Program-made: the position numbers and the translations under genes
Shown: piece by piece, positions 1-10,231 of the stretch
Layout: each line of letters starts with the position of its first letter
How positions within the stretch are numbered: position 1 is the first letter of the stretch
Notes under the pieces: model-generated
Databases searched by the model: none
Seen by the model: only the letters and a program-made list of their open reading frames with translations
Told to the model about the DNA's origin: nothing
Assembly: GCF_001457595.1 (NCBI RefSeq)
Contig: NZ_LN831039.1
Location: forward strand, 4,260,001-4,292,000
DNA from: Mycolicibacterium smegmatis
GTDB taxonomy: Bacteria; Actinomycetota; Actinomycetes; Mycobacteriales; Mycobacteriaceae
Length of the DNA stretch: 32,000 bases
Direction: 5' to 3'

Positions 1-164
1 TGGCGCCGTCGCATACAGCATCCGCGTCGCATGGCCCTCACACAGGTGGCGGTGCGGTGCGTGGAAGTGTCAGAGGCGGTCACATCGCCAGAGTAGTCCG
101 TCCATTCGACAAACCGGGTCGCGCAACCGTCTCGACGGCACGTCGAAGGGCTTACGCTGGCAGT

Positions 165-1043
165 GTGACATCGTCGTATCCCCCCGTCGGCCGGCCCGCC
201 GACCTGCCCGAACTGGAGAACGCCATCGTCGTGGCGGCGTTCGAGGGCTGGAATGACGCCGGTGACGCGGCAAGTGACGCGCTGGACCATCTGGATGCGA
301 TCTGGGAAGCCGAGACGATCGTCGAGATCGATGACGAGTCGTATTACGACTATCAGGTCAACCGACCGGTGATCCGCCAGGTCGACGGCGTGACGCGCGA
401 GCTCGTGTGGCCGTCGATGCGGATCTCGTACTGCCGCCCGCCGGGCAGTGACCGTGACGTGGTGCTCATGCACGGCGTCGAACCGAACATGCGCTGGCGG
501 ACCTTCTGTGCCGAACTGCTCGCGATCGCCGACAAGCTCAACGTGCAGACCGTGGTGATCCTCGGCGCGCTGCTGGCCGATACGCCCCACACCCGCCCCG
601 TGCCGGTGTCAGGGGCCGCGTACTCGGCCGAGTCGGCCAAGTTCTTCGGCCTCGAAGAGACCCGCTACGAGGGCCCGACCGGGATCGCCGGGGTGTTCCA
701 GGACGCGTGCGTGCAGGCCGGGATCCCGGCGGTGACGTTCTGGGCCGCGATCCCCCACTACGTGTCACAGCCGCCGAACCCCAAGGCGACGGTCGCGTTG
801 CTGCAGCGGGTCGAGGACGTCCTCGACGTCGAGGTGCCGCTGGCCGACCTGCCGCAGCAGGCCGAGGAGTGGGAGGCCGCGGTCACCGAGATGACGGCCG
901 AGGACGAGGAGATCGCCGAGTACGTCACCTCGCTGGAGCAGCGCGGCGACGCCGAGGTCGACCTGCACGAGGTGTTGGGCAAGATCGACGGCGACGCGCT
1001 GGCGGCGGAGTTCGAGCGCTACCTGCGGCGCAGGGGCCGCTAG
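165..1043 (+). CDS. PAC2 family (proteasome assembly chaperone-like) protein, Rv2125-like
   Basis: The ORF 57..1043 contains ELENAIVVAAFEGWNDAGDAASDALDHL and LMHGVEPNMRWRTF...VVILGALLADTPHTRPVPVSG, typical of actinobacterial PAC2 proteins. The conserved part starts near VTSSYPP (GTG at 165), so I prefer that start over 57. Confidence 0.85.
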   Translation: MTSSYPPVGRPADLPELENAIVVAAFEGWNDAGDAASDALDHLDAIWEAETIVEIDDESYYDYQVNRPVIRQVDGVTRELVWPSMRISYCRPPGSDRDVVLMHGVEPNMRWRTFCAELLAIADKLNVQTVVILGALLADTPHTRPVPVSGAAYSAESAKFFGLEETRYEGPTGIAGVFQDACVQAGIPAVTFWAAIPHYVSQPPNPKATVALLQRVEDVLDVEVPLADLPQQAEEWEAAVTEMTAEDEEIAEYVTSLEQRGDAEVDLHEVLGKIDGDALAAEFERYLRRRGR

Positions 1044-2497
1044 ATCTTCTCGGGCTTGGGTGCCTGCCACGTGCCGTTGAGCGCGTCCGGCTTGGGCCAG
1101 TAGAGCCGCAGGACCAGCGTGAACGGCCCCTTGGGCGCGGGCAGCCAGTTGGCCTCGTTCTCCGGTGGCTGGGTGTTCTGGATGCGCAGCGTGTAGGCGC
1201 CGTCCGGGTCGGGCACCAGGCTGGGCAGCATCTCGGAGTTGATCAGGTACCGGTCGATGGGATTGTCGACGAGTTGGCTGGACGGCAGCTCGTACATGGT
1301 CAGCGACCAGAACGCGTTGACAGGCGGCAACTGATCGGGCGCGAACCGGTAGGTGTAGGAGTTGGTGCCGGTCAGCGGCTGTCCGTCGGCGTCGAGCATC
1401 GCCGACGGGTACAGGGCCTCGGCCGCGGTGTTGCCGTAGATGCCCAGGACCGCGCCGGCCATGCGATACAGGTAGTTGCCCTTGAGGTCGTCGGCCGTGC
1501 CGAACAACTGCGCCGACCCGACCTCGCCGGTGTCCACCTTGTCCTGCTTGAACCGGTCGAACTCGACCCACGCGTTGGCCATACCGTCCTCGATCGCCTC
1601 GCGGGTCTCAGGGCTCAGCTTGTCTGCGTCGAAATCACCGTCGGGCCCGATCCCGATGCGCGCGAAACGGTCGCGCATCTCCTGCTCCTCGGGCTTGACC
1701 GGGGCGAACCGCAGCGCGGCGTTGAGGATCTCGAAGAACTGCGGCGAGGTCTTCTGCGCCTCGGGCGTCAGGGGCGGGGTGAAGTCGATGGGCGGGGCCG
1801 CGGGCGGCGACGACTGCTTGAGATACACCGACAGTGGCGCCACCTGATAGCCGGCCTGGATCTTCTTGACGTTGTCCAGGTCACGCGGTCCGAACAGTTG
1901 CGTGCGGTACAGCACGAACGCCAGGTCGGTGTCGGAGCGGATGATCTGGTCGACCCCCTCGGGTTTCTCACCCTCCCAGCCCGGCCCGGCCAGCAGGTAC
2001 CGCCCACCGCCGTTGCCCGTCGTACGGCTGCCGACATAGGCGACGTTGTAGGTGTAGCCGTCGACGAACTGCAGCGAGTAGTAGCGGTTCTGTTCGATCG
2101 GCGGGACGGTGAACACGAGCGGTTCGGTGCGCAGGTCCGCGCCGACGAACGAGTACGGGGTGTCCGCGTTCGGGGTCTGGATCGCCTTGTCGGCCGGCGT
2201 GTACAGCCGGGCCGTGTTGTGGACCTCGTTGAATCCGCCCTTGTACTCGGGATCGGTCTTGTCGACGAAGTAGGAGTACTGCACGCGGTAGTTGTCGACC
2301 AGCGGGAAGCCCCAGATGTAGGCGTCCTTGGCGATCGCCCGGATCTCCGCGGGCGTCGGCGGCGCCTGCTGCGCCGGCGGCGGGGCAGACTCGGTGGGTT
2401 GGTCGTCGGTGCGGGTGGCACATCCGGCCAGCGCGGCGACGAGCACAAGGATCCAGACCGGGACGAGGATCGGGCGCAGACTGCCCGTCTGGCGCAT
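1040..2497 (-). CDS. DUF1254/DUF1214 domain lipoprotein
   Basis: The protein begins MRQTGSLRPILVPVWILVLVAALAGCATR, a lipobox signal peptide. It continues AYIWGFPLVDNYRVQYSYFVD...NTPYSFVGADLRTEPLVFTVP (DUF1254-like) and ends NAFWSLTMYELPSSQLVDNPIDRYLI...LRLYWPKP (DUF1214-like). Confidence 0.85.
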   Translation of the reverse strand: MRQTGSLRPILVPVWILVLVAALAGCATRTDDQPTESAPPPAQQAPPTPAEIRAIAKDAYIWGFPLVDNYRVQYSYFVDKTDPEYKGGFNEVHNTARLYTPADKAIQTPNADTPYSFVGADLRTEPLVFTVPPIEQNRYYSLQFVDGYTYNVAYVGSRTTGNGGGRYLLAGPGWEGEKPEGVDQIIRSDTDLAFVLYRTQLFGPRDLDNVKKIQAGYQVAPLSVYLKQSSPPAAPPIDFTPPLTPEAQKTSPQFFEILNAALRFAPVKPEEQEMRDRFARIGIGPDGDFDADKLSPETREAIEDGMANAWVEFDRFKQDKVDTGEVGSAQLFGTADDLKGNYLYRMAGAVLGIYGNTAAEALYPSAMLDADGQPLTGTNSYTYRFAPDQLPPVNAFWSLTMYELPSSQLVDNPIDRYLINSEMLPSLVPDPDGAYTLRIQNTQPPENEANWLPAPKGPFTLVLRLYWPKPDALNGTWQAPKPEKI

Positions 2498-3384
2498 CAC
2501 CGCTTCTCGATCGACTCGGTGTGCGCGCTGCTCGATCTGCCCAGCGCGGCGACCTCGGCGTCCATCCGCGGCAGCAGGTCGGGTACGAACCGCAGCACCG
2601 GCAACTCCCCCAGGCGCGTCGACAGGATCGGCTTGAGCCAGCGGAACGCCTCGACCCAACCCGGGCAGTTGATACGGCGCGCGCGCCGCTCGATGCCCTT
2701 GACGAACGCCTCGCCGCAGGCCGAAACAGACGTGGTGGACGACAGCGGAGGCGGCAGCTTGGACAGCATCTCGCCGAACGTCGACAGATCGGCCTTGCTG
2801 TCGTTGACCATCGCGGTGTCGATCCAACTCATGTGCGCCGATCCGACGTCGACGCCGCGGTGGGCGACCTCGAGCCGCAGCGCGTTGGCGAACTGTTCGA
2901 CGGCGGCCTTTGACGCGTTGTACGGCGCCAGGCCCGGCGACGCGGCATACGCCGCGAGCGACGACACGATCAGCACGTAACCGCGCCGCTCGATCACCGA
3001 CGGCAGCGTCGCGCGCACCGTGTGGAACACGCCGAGCACGTTGATGTCGAGCAGACGCTTGAACGCCTCGGGATCGACCTGCTGCACCGATCCGTAGCTG
3101 GCGACACCGGCGTTGGCCACCACGACGTCGATACCGCCGAACCGTTCGACCGCCGCGTCGGCCGCGGCCTTCATCGCAGCGAGGTCACGCACATCGGCGA
3201 CGGCGGTCGCGACGTCCTCACCGAGGGTGTCGGCGTGCGCCTTCAGGGCGTCGGCATCGACGTCGACGAGCATCAGCTTGGCGCCCTTGCGGTACAGGCG
3301 GCGCGAAACCTCGGCTCCGACACCGGCTCCGCCGCCCGTGATGAAAACGACTTTCCCGCCGAGTGAGGCTGTGCGTGATCCCAT
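2497..3384 (-). CDS. Short-chain dehydrogenase/reductase (Rv2129c-like)
   Basis: The protein starts MGSRTASLGGKVVFITGGGAGVGAEVSRRL (Rossmann TGxxxGxG). It has NVLGVFHTVRATLP and a YNASKAAVEQF active-site YxxxK. Its stop overlaps the start of the downstream lipoprotein gene. Confidence 0.9.
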   Translation of the reverse strand: MGSRTASLGGKVVFITGGGAGVGAEVSRRLYRKGAKLMLVDVDADALKAHADTLGEDVATAVADVRDLAAMKAAADAAVERFGGIDVVVANAGVASYGSVQQVDPEAFKRLLDINVLGVFHTVRATLPSVIERRGYVLIVSSLAAYAASPGLAPYNASKAAVEQFANALRLEVAHRGVDVGSAHMSWIDTAMVNDSKADLSTFGEMLSKLPPPLSSTTSVSACGEAFVKGIERRARRINCPGWVEAFRWLKPILSTRLGELPVLRFVPDLLPRMDAEVAALGRSSSAHTESIEKR

Positions 3385-3409
3385 GGCGGCCAACGTACCG
3401 CCCGTGAAG

Positions 3410-4648
3410 TTAGAGGTCCACACCCAGCAACGCGTCGACGGTGGTGGCCACGAGCCGCGGCGACTCGGTGTCGTGCCCACCGTAGGACAGCGCGTCGGTA
3501 CACCAACCATCGAGTGCGGCAAGCGCTTTCGGCGTGTCCAGGTCATCGGCCAGGTACTGCCGGACGCGCGCGATCACGTCGGTCGCATCGGGCGCCTCGG
3601 GCAATGCGGTGGCACTGCGCCACCGCGCGAGTCGCGCGTTGGCCTCGTCGAGAACCTCGTTGCTCCAGAACCGGTCCTCGCGGTAGTGCCCGGAGAACAG
3701 GCCGAGCCGGATCGCCGACGGGTCGACGCCCTGGGCGCGCAACTGCGACACCAGGACCAGGTTGCCGCGGCTCTTGCTCATCTTGTGGCCGTCCCAGCCG
3801 ATCATGCCGGTGTGCACGTAGTGGCGTGCGAATCGTCGCTCACCGGTGACGGATTCGGCGTGCGCGGCCGAATACTCGTGGTGCGGGAAGATGAGGTCGC
3901 TGCCGCCGCCCTGGATGTCGAGGCCGGTGCCGATCCGCGTCAGGGCGATCGCCGAACATTCCACGTGCCAGCCGGGCCGGCCCCGGCCGAACGGCGAAGG
4001 CCAGCTGGGCTCGCCAGGACGCTCGGCGCGCCACAGCAACGCGTCGAGTTGATCGGACTTGCCCGGGCGGTCCGGGTCCCCGCCGCGTTCGGCGAACAAC
4101 GTGAGCATGGTGTCGCGGTCGTAGCCGGACTCGTACCCGAACTGCGCGGTGGCGTCGGCGCGGAAGTACACGTCGGGGTACTCGGCGTCCTCGACGATGT
4201 ACGCCGCACCCGAGGCCAGCAGCTTCTCGACCATCTCGACGACCTCGGCGATCGCGTCGGTCGCGGCGACGTAGTCGTGCGGGGGCAGCACGCGCAACGC
4301 GGCCATGTCCTCACGGAACAGCTGCGTCTCGCGGTCGCCCAGCGTCCGCCAGTCGATGCCGTCGCGCTCAGCACGCTCGAACAACGGGTCGTCCACGTCG
4401 GTGACGTTCTGGACGTACTGCACGGTGTGTCCGGCGTCGAGCCATAGGCGATGCACCAGGTCGAACGTCAGATAGGTCGCGGCGTGACCCAGATGGGTCG
4501 CGTCGTATGGGGTGATGCCGCACACGTACATGGTTGCGGTCGGTCCCGGTGTGACGGGCCGGACCTGGCGATCAGCGCTGTCGAAGAGGCGCAGCGCAGG
4601 GCCACGTCCCGGAACCACCGGAATCGCCGGTGCCGACCACGATTGCAT
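3410..4648 (-). CDS. mshC: L-cysteine:1D-myo-inositol 2-amino-2-deoxy-alpha-D-glucopyranoside ligase (mycothiol biosynthesis)
   Basis: CysRS-like ligase of 412 aa from [17 protein letters not shown]. It shows [25 protein letters not shown] (HLGH), [15 protein letters not shown] and HKMSKSRGN (KMSKS). Confidence 0.95.
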   Translation of the reverse strand: MQSWSAPAIPVVPGRGPALRLFDSADRQVRPVTPGPTATMYVCGITPYDATHLGHAATYLTFDLVHRLWLDAGHTVQYVQNVTDVDDPLFERAERDGIDWRTLGDRETQLFREDMAALRVLPPHDYVAATDAIAEVVEMVEKLLASGAAYIVEDAEYPDVYFRADATAQFGYESGYDRDTMLTLFAERGGDPDRPGKSDQLDALLWRAERPGEPSWPSPFGRGRPGWHVECSAIALTRIGTGLDIQGGGSDLIFPHHEYSAAHAESVTGERRFARHYVHTGMIGWDGHKMSKSRGNLVLVSQLRAQGVDPSAIRLGLFSGHYREDRFWSNEVLDEANARLARWRSATALPEAPDATDVIARVRQYLADDLDTPKALAALDGWCTDALSYGGHDTESPRLVATTVDALLGVDL

Positions 4649-4771
4649 GGCGTCGACTTTAAGGTGCTCGCTCAGGACGGCCTCCCGCCGGTAGTCCCCC
4701 ACGTGTGAACCAATGACAATTCCCCGCCCGATTACATTCCCGCGACCGCGGACCGATTCTCCGCGCGGCCG

Positions 4772-5533
4772 TCACAAGGCGGCTCCGATCGCGTCGAGCA
4801 GCACGGGCGCCAGCTCACGCCGGCACATCACGAAGTCCGGAAGGTACGGGTCTTCGCGGTTGTACCGCAACTCCGAGCCGTCCAGCCGGGACGCGTGCAT
4901 GCCCGCCGCGAGCAGCACACCGGCCGGAGCCGCGGAATCCCACTCCCACTGGCCGCCGGCGTGGATGTAGGCGTCGACGTCGCCGCGGACCACGGCCATC
5001 GCCTTGGCACCTGCCGAGCCGATGCGCACCATGCGGAAGTCGAGGTGCTCGCGCATGCGCCACAGCACCGCGGGCGGGCGGTTGGAGCTCGCGGTGATCA
5101 GGATCGGCCCCGGCTCGCGCGGCGGCGGCGGGGTGATCGTGTCGCTGCGATAGACCTCGCCGCGCGCAGGCAGCGCCACGACAGCGTCGGACAGGCCGCC
5201 GTCGACGCCCACCGAGCGCTGCCACAGCGCGATGTGCACGGCCCAGTCCTCGCGGCCGGGCATGGAGAACTCGCGGGTGCCGTCGACCGGGTCGACGATC
5301 CACACGCGGTCGGCACGGACGCGGGCGAGATTGTCGGCGGCCTCCTCGCTGAGCACCGAATCACTGGGCCTGGCCTCGGCCAGGCGCTTGAGGATCAGGG
5401 CGTTGGACCGCCGGTCCCCCTCGTCGCCGAGGTAGTACGGGTCGTAGAACCCGACCTCCTCACGGATCCCCAGCAACAGCTCGCCGGCCTCCTTGGCTAC
5501 TGCAGCGGCCAGTTCGGCATCGGTCGATGTCAC
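4772..5533 (-). CDS. cysQ: 3'(2'),5'-bisphosphate nucleotidase / inositol monophosphatase family protein (CysQ-like)
   Basis: The IMPase-family motifs [26 protein letters not shown] and [16 protein letters not shown] are present. The gene lies upstream of mshC in the same orientation, as at the Rv2131c-Rv2130c locus. The start (GTG at 5533) is inferred. Confidence 0.85.
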   Translation of the reverse strand: MTSTDAELAAAVAKEAGELLLGIREEVGFYDPYYLGDEGDRRSNALILKRLAEARPSDSVLSEEAADNLARVRADRVWIVDPVDGTREFSMPGREDWAVHIALWQRSVGVDGGLSDAVVALPARGEVYRSDTITPPPPREPGPILITASSNRPPAVLWRMREHLDFRMVRIGSAGAKAMAVVRGDVDAYIHAGGQWEWDSAAPAGVLLAAGMHASRLDGSELRYNREDPYLPDFVMCRRELAPVLLDAIGAAL

Positions 5534-5675
5534 CGTCCCAGTATCGGTGCCCGCCGGAATCGGTGCGGTGCCGGGGCCGAAACCGGCCTTAGATTCACAC
5601 CAACCACGCAGCCAGGGCGGTGTCGCAGGCCGCACGTGGCGTCTGGAATCCGTTCGGAGGTTTGGGGCGGGCCCG

Positions 5676-6524
5676 CTAGAACGCCGGCCACGGGATCGGG
5701 CGGTGCCGATCCGGTGTGGGCATCACCGGGTTGTTCAGCATCGCAACGATTCTGGCGCGCAGTGCGGCGATCTCGCGGTCGGTGATGTGCCCGCACAGTT
5801 GCTCGGCCAGTCCGGTGTTGAACCCGTCCCGCAGGGCCGCGATGTCGGCCAGGGTGTCGTCGTCGATGGGCTTGCCTGCCCATCCCCACAGCACGGTGCG
5901 CAGCTTGTCCTCGACGTGCAGCGTGACACCGTGGTCGACGCCGTAGACCCCGCCGTCGACGCCGCTGAGCACGTGACCGCCCTTGCGGTCGGCGTTGTTG
6001 ATCAGCACGTCGAACACCGCGAGGCGGAACAGCCGCGGATCGTCGGCATGCACCAGGGTGACCTCGTCGCCGGCGTAGTCGTAGGCCTGCAGGATCGGCA
6101 GGAAACCCGGCGGAACCTGGCCGGCAGGCAGCAGATCCACCAGGTCGGGGCCGGTGTCCGGATCGTCGCCGACCTCGTCACCGGGCTGATCGACCCACCG
6201 CTGCACCATGCCCGGCCCGGCCGGGCCGTCACGAACGATGGTGTGGGGCACCAGGTTCCAGCCGAGCGCGGCCGACACCAGGTACGCGCCGCGCTCGCGG
6301 CCCGCCAGGGTGCCGTCCGGGAAATCCCACAGCGGTGCCTCGCCCGCCACGGGCTTGTACACGCAGTGCACCTGCCGATCGCCCAGATGCGACTCGCACA
6401 GGAATGTCGCGTTGCTGGCCGAGCGGATCCGGCCGATGACGGTCAATTCCCCGCGCTCCAGCACCTCGATGTCGGGGCTGTCGTCGGGCTCGCCGCTGGC
6501 CGCGCCGCTAACCTCCGAAGTCAT
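5676..6524 (-). CDS. SCO1664 family protein (PI3/4-kinase-like fold)
   Basis: The protein contains [58 protein letters not shown] and [30 protein letters not shown]. These are typical of the actinobacterial SCO1664 family. Confidence 0.85.
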   Translation of the reverse strand: MTSEVSGAASGEPDDSPDIEVLERGELTVIGRIRSASNATFLCESHLGDRQVHCVYKPVAGEAPLWDFPDGTLAGRERGAYLVSAALGWNLVPHTIVRDGPAGPGMVQRWVDQPGDEVGDDPDTGPDLVDLLPAGQVPPGFLPILQAYDYAGDEVTLVHADDPRLFRLAVFDVLINNADRKGGHVLSGVDGGVYGVDHGVTLHVEDKLRTVLWGWAGKPIDDDTLADIAALRDGFNTGLAEQLCGHITDREIAALRARIVAMLNNPVMPTPDRHRPIPWPAF

Positions 6525-7095
6525 CTTCGGCTTCGGCCGCGGCACCCCGCAGATAGCCATTGGTGCGGACGCAGATGTGACCGTCGGGATCCAGCGGTTC
6601 TTCGCACAGCGGGCACGGCGGCCGACCGGCCGAGATGACGCGGTTGGACCTCGCCGCGAACTCCCGCGCCGACTCCGGGGTGAGGAACACCCGCACGGCG
6701 TCAGGGCCGTCCTCGGCGTCGTCGAGCACGACCGACGCGTCGAACTCGCCGTCGGACACCGCGAGCAGTTCCACGACGATGGTCTGGGCCTCCGAGTCCC
6801 ACCCCAGCCCCATGGTTCCGACACGGAACTCGGCGTCCACGGGCGTGATGAGCGGACGCAGGTCCTGGATCTCGCCGGTGTCGGGCGGGATGGGCGTGCC
6901 GAACCGGCGGTTGACCTCCAGCAGAAGCGCATCGATACGTTCGGCCAGAACGGCTACCTGCTGCTTTTCGAGCACGACCGAGATCACTCGCTTGTCGTGC
7001 ACCGCTTGCAGGTAGAACGTCCGATTTCCGGGTTGGCCGACCGTCCCGGCCACGAAGCGGTCGGGCGTGCGGAAGACATGAATTGCGCGGGCCAT
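6508..7095 (-). CDS. DUF3090 family protein (Rv2134c-like) with C-terminal Cys/His cluster
   Basis: MARAIHVFRTPDRFVAGTVGQPGNRTFYLQAVHDKRVISVVLEKQQVAVLAERI is typical of DUF3090. It ends CPLCEEPLDPDGHICVRTNG. Confidence 0.88.
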   Translation of the reverse strand: MARAIHVFRTPDRFVAGTVGQPGNRTFYLQAVHDKRVISVVLEKQQVAVLAERIDALLLEVNRRFGTPIPPDTGEIQDLRPLITPVDAEFRVGTMGLGWDSEAQTIVVELLAVSDGEFDASVVLDDAEDGPDAVRVFLTPESAREFAARSNRVISAGRPPCPLCEEPLDPDGHICVRTNGYLRGAAAEAEDDFGG

Positions 7096-7130
7096 GGCAC
7101 CTTCCAAAATACCGTTATCGGCGCGCCGGG

Positions 7131-7802
7131 TCAGTCGGTGGACCCACCGACGACCGCGTCGGTCTTCGGTTCGGCGGCCAGTCCGGCGCTCAGTTGCGGG
7201 CCGGTGTGATTGATGTGCATGACGAACGGGCGCAGCTCGGTGTAGCGGACCACGCTCATGGACGCCGGGTCGGCGGTGATGCGCTGGAAGCCGTCGAGGT
7301 GCACCCCGAGGGCATCGGCCAGCACGGCCTTGATCACGTCGCCGTGGGTGCAGGCCACCCACAACACGTCGGCGCCGTGCTCGGCGGCCAGCGCGCGGTC
7401 GCGTTCGCGGACCGCGGCCACCGCGCGGGCCTGCACCTGCGCGAGCCCCTCGCCTTCAGGGAACACCGCGGCGCTTGGCTGGGCCTGCACGACGCTCCAC
7501 AGCGGCTCTTTGAGCAGGTCGGAGATCTTGCGCCCGGTCCAGCTGCCGTAGTCGACCTCGGTGAGCCGTTCGTCGACGATCGGTTGCAGACCGAGTGCCG
7601 TGGCCAGCGGATCCACGGTGCGCTCGCAGCGCAGCATGGGCGAACGCACGATCGCCCGCACCGGCAGATCCCCGATGCGGCTCACCACACCTTCGGCCTG
7701 CTCGCGGCCCCGGTCGTCGAGGTCGACGCCGTCGGACCGGCCGGCCAGCGTGTGGGCGGTGTTGGAGGTGGAGCGGCCGTGCCGCAGCAGGATGACAGTC
7801 AT
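7131..7802 (-). CDS. Histidine phosphatase (phosphoglycerate mutase-like) family protein
   Basis: The N-terminus is MTVILLRHGRSTSNTAHTLAGRSDGVDLDDRG (RHG motif), followed by TEVDYGSWTG and VACTHGDVIK. Confidence 0.92.
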   Translation of the reverse strand: MTVILLRHGRSTSNTAHTLAGRSDGVDLDDRGREQAEGVVSRIGDLPVRAIVRSPMLRCERTVDPLATALGLQPIVDERLTEVDYGSWTGRKISDLLKEPLWSVVQAQPSAAVFPEGEGLAQVQARAVAAVRERDRALAAEHGADVLWVACTHGDVIKAVLADALGVHLDGFQRITADPASMSVVRYTELRPFVMHINHTGPQLSAGLAAEPKTDAVVGGSTD

Positions 7803-7812
7803 TGGGCCGCTC

Positions 7813-8661
7813 TCATTGCGCCGCCAGTACCCCGGTGCCCAGCAGTGCGAGCACCACCACACCGAGGACCACGCGGTATCCGACAAACCAGTACATGCTG
7901 TGCGATACCAGGAATTTCAGGAACCAGGCAATCGCGGCGAATCCTACGACGAACGCGATGACCGTCGCGACGATCAGTTGCGGCCCGCTCGCGCTCATCC
8001 CCTCCCCGACCGGGTGGAACGCGTCGGGCAGGGAGAACAGGCCCGAGGCGAGCACAGCAGGGATCGCCAGCAGGAAGCCGAACCGCGCGGCCACCTCGCG
8101 TTTGAGCCCGAGGAACAGGCCCGCGCTGATGGTCGCCCCCGATCGCGACACCCCCGGCATGAGCGCAAGGCACTGCGCGAGGCCCACGATGACGCTGTCG
8201 CGCCACGTCAGCTGCTCGACCTGGCGGACCTGCCTGCCGTAGTACTCGGCCGCCGCGATCACCACCGAGAACACGATCAGCGCGGTGGCCACCAACCAGA
8301 GATTGCGTGCCCCCGTGCGGATTTCGTCCTTGAACAGCAGGCCGAACACCCCGATGGGAATGGTGCCGACGATGACGAACCAGCCGAGGCGGTAATCGGC
8401 GTCGCGGTGTTCAGGCGCGCGCAGACCCAGGAACCAGGCCTTGACGATCCGGCCGATGTCCTTCGCGAAATAGATCAGCACCGCGAACTCGGTGCCCAGT
8501 TGGGTGACCGCGGTGAACGAGGCGCCCGCGTCGTCGTCGAAGAACACCTGCGAGGTGATCGCCAGGTGGCCCGACGACGAAACCGGGAGAAACTCGGTGA
8601 GCCCCTGCACAATCGAGAGCACGATCACTTGCAGCCACGACATCGCAGGAACGTCAGTCAC
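7813..8661 (-). CDS. uppP: Undecaprenyl-diphosphate phosphatase
   Basis: The motifs [22 protein letters not shown] and [20 protein letters not shown] are present, with multiple hydrophobic helices. A start at the internal Met (SWLQVIV) is possible. Confidence 0.93.
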   Translation of the reverse strand: MTDVPAMSWLQVIVLSIVQGLTEFLPVSSSGHLAITSQVFFDDDAGASFTAVTQLGTEFAVLIYFAKDIGRIVKAWFLGLRAPEHRDADYRLGWFVIVGTIPIGVFGLLFKDEIRTGARNLWLVATALIVFSVVIAAAEYYGRQVRQVEQLTWRDSVIVGLAQCLALMPGVSRSGATISAGLFLGLKREVAARFGFLLAIPAVLASGLFSLPDAFHPVGEGMSASGPQLIVATVIAFVVGFAAIAWFLKFLVSHSMYWFVGYRVVLGVVVLALLGTGVLAAQ

Positions 8662-8743
8662 GACGACGACCGTACCGTGACGCCGCGTGTCATCACGCGT
8701 CCGGCGAGGGGGTGCGGTGCGATTCGGCGATCAGGCGCGGGTC

Positions 8744-9049
8744 TCAGGCCCGCGCCAGGGGCTGCGCATCGGCGACGGCGTCGCGCACGGTGGCGGCCAG
8801 GCTGCGCTCGTCTGTGAGATCGATCTCGGTGAGTTTGCGGGTGGCGACGGCCACCACATCCTCTTCGGACGGCACGGGCCCCGACAGCCGCGGCCGGTAC
8901 ACCTCGATCACGAGTTGCTGGCGCTCGATGTGAAAGGAAAACGTCTTGCCGTCGCCCACCTGGCCAAACCCACTGGCGAACACACCTGTGGTGATGTCCT
9001 CGATAGCAAACTCGCTATGACTCAGTGCGACGTCGGCTGCGACGGTCAT
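8744..9049 (-). CDS. Conserved hypothetical protein (position matches Rv2137c)
   Basis: This 101-aa ORF (MTVAADVALSHSEFAIEDITTGVF...) lies between uppP and the divergent lipoprotein, as in other mycobacteria. No catalytic motif is recognised. Confidence 0.7.
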   Translation of the reverse strand: MTVAADVALSHSEFAIEDITTGVFASGFGQVGDGKTFSFHIERQQLVIEVYRPRLSGPVPSEEDVVAVATRKLTEIDLTDERSLAATVRDAVADAQPLARA

Positions 9050-9083
9050 GCTGGCACCATACCTCTACTTATGCGGCGATTGT

Positions 9084-9114
9084 TTGACTACGCCACTAAA
9101 CGCCGGAGTAATAC
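9084..9114 (+). promoter_or_regulatory. Possible sigma-A-like promoter for the lppL-like gene
   Basis: TTGACT (9084-9089) and TAATAC (9109-9114) flank a 19-nt spacer, about 26 nt before the CDS. The spacer is longer than ideal. Confidence 0.3.
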
Positions 9115-9139
9115 CCGATGCTTCCCGGCCTAAACTGAG

Positions 9140-10231
9140 ATGAATTCCAGGCTGCCGCCTGAACACCGTCCGAACCGACCCGAGAGCCGTGTGTTGCGCC
9201 CAATAACTGCAGGTCAGCCCCTCTACGCCGCCGTCGTCTCGCTGGCTCTGCTGTTGGCGGCCGGGTGCTCGTCCAACGTGGTCGACGCGCCGCCGCCCAC
9301 CATCGAACCCGCGCAGGCCGCGGTGTCGCCGCCTGTCACACAGCAGCCCGACGGCCAGGTGCGTCCGTTGGCCTCGCCCGGACAGGCTGCGGTGTTCGAC
9401 CCGGCCACCCGCCAACTCGCGGTGCTGAGCACCGACGCCGAGGGGCAATCGGCCGTGGCGTTGCTGGGTCAGGATTCGCGGCCGCCGGTGACGGTGCCCC
9501 TGCCGGCCAACGCGGCCGCGCTGGCCGGCGACGGCAAGGGCGGATTGCTGTTGTCGACGCGAGGCGGCTATTTCCGCGTCGACCTCACCGCCGCCACGCC
9601 CACACCGGCGCGCGTCGACGTCGACGGCAAGGGCGACGTCGACTTCACCGCGATCGCCGTGCGCGAGGACGGCAGGGTGGTGCTCGGGAGCGCCGACGGC
9701 GCGGTCTACACGTTGACCGGCGACGCGGGCGTGGACGCCGAGCTGAAGATCTTCGCCCGCGTGGACTCCCTTGTCACCCAGGGAAATACCGCTATCGTGC
9801 TGGACCGCGGCCAGACCTCGGTGACCACCGTGGACGCCAGCGGAACCAAGGCCGCGCACGCGCTGCGCGCCGGCGAGGGCGCCACCACCATCGCGACCGA
9901 TCCCCGCGGCCTGCTGCTGGTGGCCGACACCCGCGGCGACGGCCTGCTGGTCTACAGCGTCGACCCGCTGATCCTGCGCCAACGCTCCCCCGTGCGCGGC
10001 GCGCCGTACGGACTGACCGGATCGGCAAACCTCGTTTGGGTGTCAGAGACCTCCACGAACACCGTCATTGGTTACGATCTGTCCACCGGCATACCCGTCG
10101 AGAAGGTGCGTTATCGAACCGTGCAGCAACCGAACTCCCTGGCCTACGACGAAACCTCCGGCACGCTCTACGTCGTGTCGGCCACGGGAGCGGGCGTGCA
10201 GGTGATCCCGAACGCGACGGTGGGGCCATGA
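9140..10231 (+). CDS. lppL: LppL-like lipoprotein (beta-propeller-like repeats)
   Basis: A lipobox is present (LYAAVVSLALLLAAGCSSN). The protein has repeated GxLLxxxRGG...VDL / VLGSADGAVYTLTG-type blades, and it sits directly upstream of pyrD, like Rv2138. Confidence 0.8.
   Translation: MNSRLPPEHRPNRPESRVLRPITAGQPLYAAVVSLALLLAAGCSSNVVDAPPPTIEPAQAAVSPPVTQQPDGQVRPLASPGQAAVFDPATRQLAVLSTDAEGQSAVALLGQDSRPPVTVPLPANAAALAGDGKGGLLLSTRGGYFRVDLTAATPTPARVDVDGKGDVDFTAIAVREDGRVVLGSADGAVYTLTGDAGVDAELKIFARVDSLVTQGNTAIVLDRGQTSVTTVDASGTKAAHALRAGEGATTIATDPRGLLLVADTRGDGLLVYSVDPLILRQRSPVRGAPYGLTGSANLVWVSETSTNTVIGYDLSTGIPVEKVRYRTVQQPNSLAYDETSGTLYVVSATGAGVQVIPNATVGP

Noticed and set aside
57-164. N-terminal extension of the PAC2 ORF
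   Set aside because: The first 36 residues look like untranslated high-GC sequence (MRGSVRGGHIARVV...). The conserved protein starts near GTG 165.
707-2980. 757-aa plus-strand ORF antisense to the DUF1254 lipoprotein and SDR genes
   Set aside because: It is an Arg/Gly/Val-rich spurious high-GC frame with no family motifs. The opposite strand encodes clear lipoprotein and SDR proteins.
3113-4447. 444-aa plus-strand ORF opposite mshC
   Set aside because: It is a mirror-frame artefact. The mshC frame on the minus strand has all the catalytic motifs.
4649-4771. GC-rich dyads (CCGCG-AC-CGCGG) between mshC and cysQ as a terminator
   Set aside because: The loop is too short for a real hairpin and there is no U-tract. 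It is probably random high-GC palindromy.
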